A DNA stretch of 64,000 bases from positions 96,001-160,000 of IMG/VR virus record IMGVR_UViG_3300042398_000969. The stretch is one strand, 5' to 3'. Numbering within the stretch: the first letter of the stretch is position 1; each line of letters starts with the position of its first letter. Below, piece by piece: positions 58,701 to 64,000 of the stretch. The notes beneath the pieces were generated by a model. The model was not told where the DNA came from, did no database searches, and saw only the letters and a list, made by a program, of their open reading frames with translations. Both the position numbers and the translations under genes were made by a program. Origin of the DNA: a virus.

Positions 58701-61491
58701 ATCTATGATATATCGCACCCCATTTTAACATTAAGTAATATGGAACATAGTGTGTTGCTGCAACCTCTTTAAATAAAGATGACATAAGAACCTTATTACC
58801 ATCAAATTCAATAACATCGTCCAGATCTTTATATGGCAAAGAATTTAATAAAATGTAAGCAGAACCAACATATCTTTCAGAAACACCTCCCTTGAAGAAG
58901 TCATTAAATAATTGTTTGTGAAAGTATGGTGTGTTTAATAAGTTTCTTGTTTGGCCACTAAGTGTTATTTTTTGACTAAATATATTTTTAGTATATGCAC
59001 TTAATATCCAGGATTCTGAATTAATAGGTGAACTAATGAAATTGTCATTCTGATTTACCTTAAAGATATTCGTGAACTTATAATCATTAGTATTTAAAAC
59101 CTTATTACCAAGATATGATTGATATAACTCTGAATTAAATGGAAACTCTTTTAATCTATATGGATCAATTTTATAATCGTCAAGAGCAGCTTGTAATTTT
59201 GTATATGTTGTATCGGTAGTGCTACCTGAAACAACATTATTATATTCTACAATATCAAAATCTCTATCAACAAATTCTTTTATATACTCAACTGTTGGTA
59301 ACCTATCTTGATAATATGGATACCTTTCTCTCTGTGAATATGAATACATAAAATTAACTAAAGTTTGTGTACTCTTAACTTGTTGATTTAACACCTCTCT
59401 AACATCAATATCACTTTCAATTGCGCTATCTAATGTTTCAAATTCTTTAGCGCAAATTTCATCTAATCCTTTATCATATATAAAATTACTATATGATGTT
59501 ATATATTGTGCTCTTTCAAATATTTCATAAAATATAGATGCTAATGATTTATCAGTATATGGATATTTTTCACCAATTTTAAATAAAGTACTTACATTTC
59601 TAACTTCTCTTTTTTCGTCCTTACCATCAAATACAAACATTAAATCTGATGGGAATATTTCTTTACCGCTTTCAGCATCAACTCGTTTGGTTGCTACACT
59701 GTTATATGTTTCAATAAACTCAACTTCTGGCCAAAGTGAAAAATTATTACCTTGCGTTGTTTTTATAACTTCAGTATCTGCTGGATAATAGTGTGTATAT
59801 GATTCTTTGTTACCCTTTTTCTTAACTTCTGGCCAAGGATATATAACTTCATTTTTATTATTGCTGATTTCGCCAACGATTGCTTCTTTTCTAAAATTAG
59901 ATCTTTGAATTGCTTTTCTATGCACATCCTGCATTAATCTAATATAAGTGTCAGCATTGGCCAAAATAACAGCAAAAATGTTTCTTATTGTTGGGTCAAA
60001 ACCAAATCCATTGTCATTATTTCTAATAACCTCATTCATTTTAGCTTCAACAGCTTTTTCAACATTGTCTCTACTTTTAATGAATGCGTTTTGTATATCT
60101 TTAATTCTTTGTATTAATTTTTCATTAGCAACACCAAACTTACCACCTTCTGTTGTATAAAAATCTTTTATATTTCTTATTGAATCTAATGATATTGTTT
60201 TTGTTTTAATTTCTTTTTTGTTTTCAATTTTTTTACCAAACGCCAAATTGTTTTCTAAATCAGCAATACCTTTATCTATAATACTTTTTAATGAAAGGTT
60301 ATTTGTTGTTCCAGTAATAATATCCGCGCTTGCAGCTCCGTTTGATGTTTGTGTTCTATCATTTGTTACTTTATTTAAAGCATAATAAATAACATCACCA
60401 TCTTCTTTAACAGTATCAGTGGAATTTAAATATCTATTACCCCATGATATAATTCTTTTTTCTAGGTTATCTAACACTTTATCATATTCTGCCACATCAC
60501 TTAAAACATTTGGATTAACAGTTTCTGAAAACAATGTTGATTCAATTATACTTTCTAAGCCGCTGGCTGTCATTAAAAGTTCTCTAAGTGTTTTAACCGG
60601 AAAATCTTTGTCGATATATCCCTTTGCTTTATAATCAGAATAAACCGATTTTAAAATAGAATAACCCTTTGTAGTTTTAGATATTTTCTTTTCTACAAAT
60701 CCTGTCTTGGGATTTGTTTTATATGGCTCAGTTGATTCAACCATATACATATATGGTGCATTAACAATGTTCTGAAGTAATATGTCATTTAGAAAAGCGT
60801 ATGTTGAACCAACAAATTTTGTTGATATTTCAAAGTTACCGGTGTTACCATTAAATCTGGTTTTAAAATCAACAAGTTGTATTCTATATCTAATAGCTTT
60901 ACCATAATACCCTTTAACCGTTAAATAAAATATTGGCCAAGGTTGGTGAAAAAACGCTTTATATGGAGAATTCTCTGGTGAGTCAAATAATGTTTTACCT
61001 CTTACATCAATAAAGTTAATTGATACTTGCGGTATATTACTAGCACCCTTAACAACAATATTAATACTTTCAATTCCAAATGTCTGAGCAGTTGGATCGT
61101 AGCTTTTTGCTCTATTTAAATTAGTTCCCGCAAATGCATTTACCACAGCATTTATTGCATCTTGCTTTGATGATATTGGAACAAACGTTTCGGTCCAGTT
61201 TGTATCAAAGTTGTTTTGAAACTCATCTTTATCACCCTGGTTTCTCATCATATTAAATGTACCAGATGCTAATGATGTTAATGTACTTTTTTCGGATTCA
61301 GAATAAAGAACACTTCTGGGAACTAAATCAGCTTCCAAATTAACATACATAACTAGATTCTCATGATCAACCAATCTACTTTGTAACTGACCATCTTGAT
61401 CCAATACTGTATTAGGGTCAACGTGAACTACATTCTGTTGATCGACTACTACAAGTATGTTTTCATTCTGACTTATTTTATTATTCCCCAT
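55702..61491 (-). CDS. Very large baseplate hub protein (gp27/VgrG-like elements)
   Basis: FGIESINI..VSINFIDVRG near the N-terminus; YQCSVTCMGNVMLQPTMYFYL..FNGTYLIFDVSHSI..FETSFTGVR hub motif. Confidence 0.6.
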   Translation of the reverse strand: MGNNKISQNENILVVVDQQNVVHVDPNTVLDQDGQLQSRLVDHENLVMYVNLEADLVPRSVLYSESEKSTLTSLASGTFNMMRNQGDKDEFQNNFDTNWTETFVPISSKQDAINAVVNAFAGTNLNRAKSYDPTAQTFGIESINIVVKGASNIPQVSINFIDVRGKTLFDSPENSPYKAFFHQPWPIFYLTVKGYYGKAIRYRIQLVDFKTRFNGNTGNFEISTKFVGSTYAFLNDILLQNIVNAPYMYMVESTEPYKTNPKTGFVEKKISKTTKGYSILKSVYSDYKAKGYIDKDFPVKTLRELLMTASGLESIIESTLFSETVNPNVLSDVAEYDKVLDNLEKRIISWGNRYLNSTDTVKEDGDVIYYALNKVTNDRTQTSNGAASADIITGTTNNLSLKSIIDKGIADLENNLAFGKKIENKKEIKTKTISLDSIRNIKDFYTTEGGKFGVANEKLIQRIKDIQNAFIKSRDNVEKAVEAKMNEVIRNNDNGFGFDPTIRNIFAVILANADTYIRLMQDVHRKAIQRSNFRKEAIVGEISNNKNEVIYPWPEVKKKGNKESYTHYYPADTEVIKTTQGNNFSLWPEVEFIETYNSVATKRVDAESGKEIFPSDLMFVFDGKDEKREVRNVSTLFKIGEKYPYTDKSLASIFYEIFERAQYITSYSNFIYDKGLDEICAKEFETLDSAIESDIDVREVLNQQVKSTQTLVNFMYSYSQRERYPYYQDRLPTVEYIKEFVDRDFDIVEYNNVVSGSTTDTTYTKLQAALDDYKIDPYRLKEFPFNSELYQSYLGNKVLNTNDYKFTNIFKVNQNDNFISSPINSESWILSAYTKNIFSQKITLSGQTRNLLNTPYFHKQLFNDFFKGGVSERYVGSAYILLNSLPYKDLDDVIEFDGNKVLMSSLFKEVAATHYVPYYLMLKWGAIYHRYKKYLKEGVDILSGVTVSINGSTFFDNGTNVPFNLSAVTPSMSAVTYSSNSYVGVYPYYHGIFHQIVNGYSFYNPSGFTKTSATAVNASSQYNSAVATGITKYILEKPTSKSGFTLTSLVDNSRFKATDNRYTILPSNGASKISNIVDSFPSLLQDSFRIILDDSDLTKHPTYNVLYFPGPDEMFKTTRNLFSLTGNKKKVIDLIATFSPKLLDEFESMFLEYSSLDLDVDSLKGSTHDYTSFQEILKEICSIEKTGINLAVDGAREKVIDAQKTKLEALTKSMLDNKNLRKLVIGNPKQIDDYIINGFVGNSKSYLPNKYDVSQLTTGSTIGGVYTPGTKDLIKLYIGQNITGTTYSGITNLYENFFQVSNIEVTEENIYSHRELARIYAGWVKDNKTKDNLFVPNYNEFKLYVKTNIFDPQDNRLSIFLQNFIKKFKNLAQEKKKEKITIYHGYNEAKTTKLDLYQYFKSFNDKWIAGNAIGQRHLMDEFLFLDRANRDIGKTSYISLERLISLGNERNAKIDLYSAISTLIQGTNFDMRPLPAYINFYGTNTSNKKRIIPSKNLARNLFGTFLDVDYQESSPKIILQYINKTSQYLDMSRVNKEYKFKSDSFDIKDTNNNPLIVEPRIFMETDTANSNRVVSFEVNFGDQAQGVFKSISLDQSTYKNTTESALAQERLARSQGGGGSHSVDIGLFDIYKTASYQCSVTCMGNVMLQPTMYFYLANVPMFNGTYLIFDVSHSIKAGQFETSFTGVRISNSSLPSLDSTFMSSYRPLFSRLLSSAVKKKQQTNPGVTTERTITTKDKQSFSIDPGSAVGNEDLSKIIVNQSGLLYDMIPYNGAKVGSGTEKYIQYIEPAKGEFWLRTRVVLFGGSKYDPTGELELVSGWKAYPNVIKKYTDIKDSLYDYYAVRMVLNNNKEEIFKYDTEFYNPSLRLTYKLTTDVNPSTGRFDGPVHNGPSITDSKASQYGIAMSAKLMKKLKLNEGDVVYFRLNIRK

Positions 61492-61801
61492 AATATAGTT
61501 TATACAATTCTACGTTCTTTTTGTATTCTTGTAAAGAATTAATAAGAGGAAACGGAATTCTGATTATTGAATTATCTGGGATGTCAAACTCAATAGACCC
61601 AACCTTTGGATTGGCTAGCATAATTAACCAACCAAAAAGTGGTGTATTATAGTATTCTTGAGACATCTTATCTAATCTATCTTTACCCTTTATATACTTT
61701 ACGTACTTATCGGTTGATTTTGCTGATATTTCAATTCCTGGTACAATTTTAAATTCACCGTCCTCTAAGAAATACTCATATCTGTTAAAATATTGATTCA
61801 T
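61481..61801 (-). CDS. LysM-like baseplate protein (gp53/tail X-like)
   Basis: KGKDRLDKMSQEYYNTPLFGWLIMLANP..IIRIP. Confidence 0.75.
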   Translation of the reverse strand: MNQYFNRYEYFLEDGEFKIVPGIEISAKSTDKYVKYIKGKDRLDKMSQEYYNTPLFGWLIMLANPKVGSIEFDIPDNSIIRIPFPLINSLQEYKKNVELYKLYYGE

Positions 61802-64000
61802 TACTTAATAACTTTAGAAAAGTTTAACTTTGATTCTGTTGAATTATCTTTTAAACCATGTACGTTGTTCAGTTTTTCTTGTTGTGGACCTGTTATTGAT
61901 CCAGTAATTGTAACTGCGTATGGTTTAAAATCCTTTTTATTCTGTACCTTTTTATATTTAAATTTCTTCTCGTCAATATCTAATGCTTTTTTAATAAATT
62001 TATTTAATCTTCTTTCTATTTTGTTAATAGCATTTTTATCAAATAATTTATTATCTGGTGAATTCTCGTATTCTTTTAAAATTTTATCAACGTTGTTTTT
62101 AATTATGAACGCCAATAGTTGTTTATAAAGGTCGTCTGTAAATGATGGGTCAGCAAAATCAATTGATGTATTTAATTCAGCGGTAAACATTGAATGTTTA
62201 TCTTTTACAAGTTTAATTGCTTCATCATACTGTTCATAGAATTTTTGAACGTTAAAATCTGTTAAGCTAACAATAGTTGGTGTTTCTCCGTCTATTCTTG
62301 CATCTTTACCATTTGTTTCCATAATAAAATTAAAACCATCAACTAATTCAATGAATTTGTTTCTATTAGTTTCAAGTTCTTTTATCATTTGTTCATCCTT
62401 AATACTGTTTAAGAATTCAGTTACCGTTTTTTTAATATATGGGTCAATAATCGCTCTTGATCTTTCGTATTTTGTAGAACCAGAATCCATATCCAAGTCT
62501 AAAATAATATTATGATCAGATGCTGAAACTTTTTCTAAAAGCTTTGTTTCTAATCTACCATATAAGTTTATAAAATCTCTTGTCTTCTTATAGTTTCCTA
62601 ATAAGGTTATTTGTGTTGTTGTGTTAAGAGTATCCTGAACATCTAATTGATTTGTTGTTCTATATGTTGGTGAAATAAATAAAGGTAGAATTTCATTACC
62701 ATATGTTTTTAATAACTTATTATACGTTTCTTTAAATTTATCAAAATACTCATTTGTTGCAGCTAATAAATTGTCTCTATTTTGCTGGTAACTCATTTGC
62801 GCTGCTGATAAAGTACCAATATATTTTCCTTCTTTTTTAGGGTTTTGTGATGTATTGATTCCAGGTATTTTTGGTGTTTCAACTTTACCTATTAATTTTT
62901 CTAAGAAGTCTATATTGAATGCTTGTAGATCTTTTTGATTTACTGTTGAATCTGCTCTATAGTCATATATTTCAGTATTAGCATAGAAGTTAGAACTTAA
63001 TGCATTTTGTAATTTTGCAACTGGTTCTTTAATACCTTGACCACCAATAAAGTTTATTTGTAATGTCACATCCGCAATCATTGGTTGAACACCAATACCT
63101 TCAGGATTTAAATCCCAGGTAGAGTTTTCAAATGTAATGTTTAGGTTTGTTATTACAATTTTTGAATGATAAAAATCACCAATTCTTAAAACACATACTG
63201 GTGGTGGTCCAAATGTTGTATTTCTAGCATCAAGAGATCCACCATTACCTTCAGCGCTTAACCCTTTAATTGGTATTGTGTCACCCGGTCTAATACATTG
63301 TTGTAAGAATGTTAATCTAGTATTTAAACCTTCAGGTGTCATTGAGTGAAATGCTGGATGAAAGTATCTAAACTTTTGTTTAAGTGAATTAAAAACAACA
63401 GGATCTGTTTCTTCTAATTTCTTAAAGTAAAAACATTCAGATAATGTTTTCATTATTAATTTCTTAACAATATCTAAAGGTGGTTTTCTATTTTTTGGTA
63501 CCTTGTTAACGGTTATATCAATTGTTTCTGAACCAACAGATGTTGTACCTGGGGTTTCAGTTCCTGGTTTAGCTGGAATTTGTGTTGGTTTAGTATACGC
63601 ATTAATTTTAACATCAACCGATCTACAATAAAATGTTACTGGTGCATATTTTTTTAACCCTCCAGTATTTTTTATTTCTTGTTTGTGACAATCATAACCT
63701 TCCGGTCCTGTTCTTGTTGCATTTTCTCCTTTGTTTGTGAAATTAATAATAATATCACCATTCATATCTTCACCATAACCCAAATCTTTTAAATTTAATA
63801 TTTTCTTTTCTTTAGTTTGTGCTGGATTTGAGTTTAATTCACTTATAGTTTTTGTCCAATATTTGGAAAGAGTTGATGGTACATCATTATTTTTTGATAA
63901 TGTTTTTAAAATGTGTTTAACAATACTATCTGATCTTCTGTATGATAATTTAATATTATACTTATCATCAGCAACAAATGATGTTGATGATTCCAAATCA
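61801..64000 (-). CDS. Baseplate/tube-initiator-like protein with OmpA-like domain (5' end outside window)
   Basis: YNIKLSYRRSDSIVKHI..GYGE..CRSVDVKI is OmpA-C-like; PPVCVLRIGDFYHSKIVITNLNITFE..WDL..PMIADVTL is a tube-like fold. Confidence 0.6.
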   Translation of the reverse strand, partial: DLESSTSFVADDKYNIKLSYRRSDSIVKHILKTLSKNNDVPSTLSKYWTKTISELNSNPAQTKEKKILNLKDLGYGEDMNGDIIINFTNKGENATRTGPEGYDCHKQEIKNTGGLKKYAPVTFYCRSVDVKINAYTKPTQIPAKPGTETPGTTSVGSETIDITVNKVPKNRKPPLDIVKKLIMKTLSECFYFKKLEETDPVVFNSLKQKFRYFHPAFHSMTPEGLNTRLTFLQQCIRPGDTIPIKGLSAEGNGGSLDARNTTFGPPPVCVLRIGDFYHSKIVITNLNITFENSTWDLNPEGIGVQPMIADVTLQINFIGGQGIKEPVAKLQNALSSNFYANTEIYDYRADSTVNQKDLQAFNIDFLEKLIGKVETPKIPGINTSQNPKKEGKYIGTLSAAQMSYQQNRDNLLAATNEYFDKFKETYNKLLKTYGNEILPLFISPTYRTTNQLDVQDTLNTTTQITLLGNYKKTRDFINLYGRLETKLLEKVSASDHNIILDLDMDSGSTKYERSRAIIDPYIKKTVTEFLNSIKDEQMIKELETNRNKFIELVDGFNFIMETNGKDARIDGETPTIVSLTDFNVQKFYEQYDEAIKLVKDKHSMFTAELNTSIDFADPSFTDDLYKQLLAFIIKNNVDKILKEYENSPDNKLFDKNAINKIERRLNKFIKKALDIDEKKFKYKKVQNKKDFKPYAVTITGSITGPQQEKLNNVHGLKDNSTESKLNFSKVIK

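Noticed and set aside
1-64000. Alternative genetic code (stop reassignment)
   Set aside because: TAA, TAG and TGA all end tightly packed genes, and long ORFs are intact under code 11.

Overview
AT-rich (roughly 30% GC by eye) 64-kb segment of a large contractile-tailed (jumbo myovirus-like) bacteriophage. Essentially every real gene is on the minus strand, with the standard genetic code. A Bacteroidota host is inferred from a Bacteroidota-type primary sigma factor, an Hc1-like nucleoid protein, SprB repeats, Bacteroidota-like NrdAB/ClpP and D-[S/T]-hydrophobic glycosylation sequons in exported proteins. In transcription order (right to left) it carries: baseplate tube/hub genes; acidic and ferritin-like genes; a replication block (SSB, RecA/UvsX, 5'-3' exonuclease, DnaB, NrdB, NrdA); a baseplate block (gp25, gp6/J, gpI-like wedge); a cluster of Cys- and Pro/Thr-rich adhesin-like proteins including a cadherin+SprB protein; a second DNA block (RuvC, primase, PD-(D/E)XK nuclease, SbcD/SbcC); ClpP; exported envelope proteins; sigma factor; a degenerate amidase; and acidic putative head proteins. 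The most unusual observations are: (1) a scaffoldin-like protein with 10 Cys beta-strand motifs on Pro/Thr linkers of graded length (10,10,10,16,22,26,32,32,32 aa), with the motif shared by neighbouring adhesins; (2) a monocistronic gene whose mRNA 5' and 3' ends form a 13-bp G-U-compatible helix; (3) a probable -1 frameshift that adds a mucin-like tail to a membrane protein; (4) two candidate structured RNAs; and (5) a recurring TATTTATA promoter-like motif. No tRNA, rRNA, CRISPR array, integrase or DNA polymerase was seen. All family assignments come from motif recognition by eye, not database searches.
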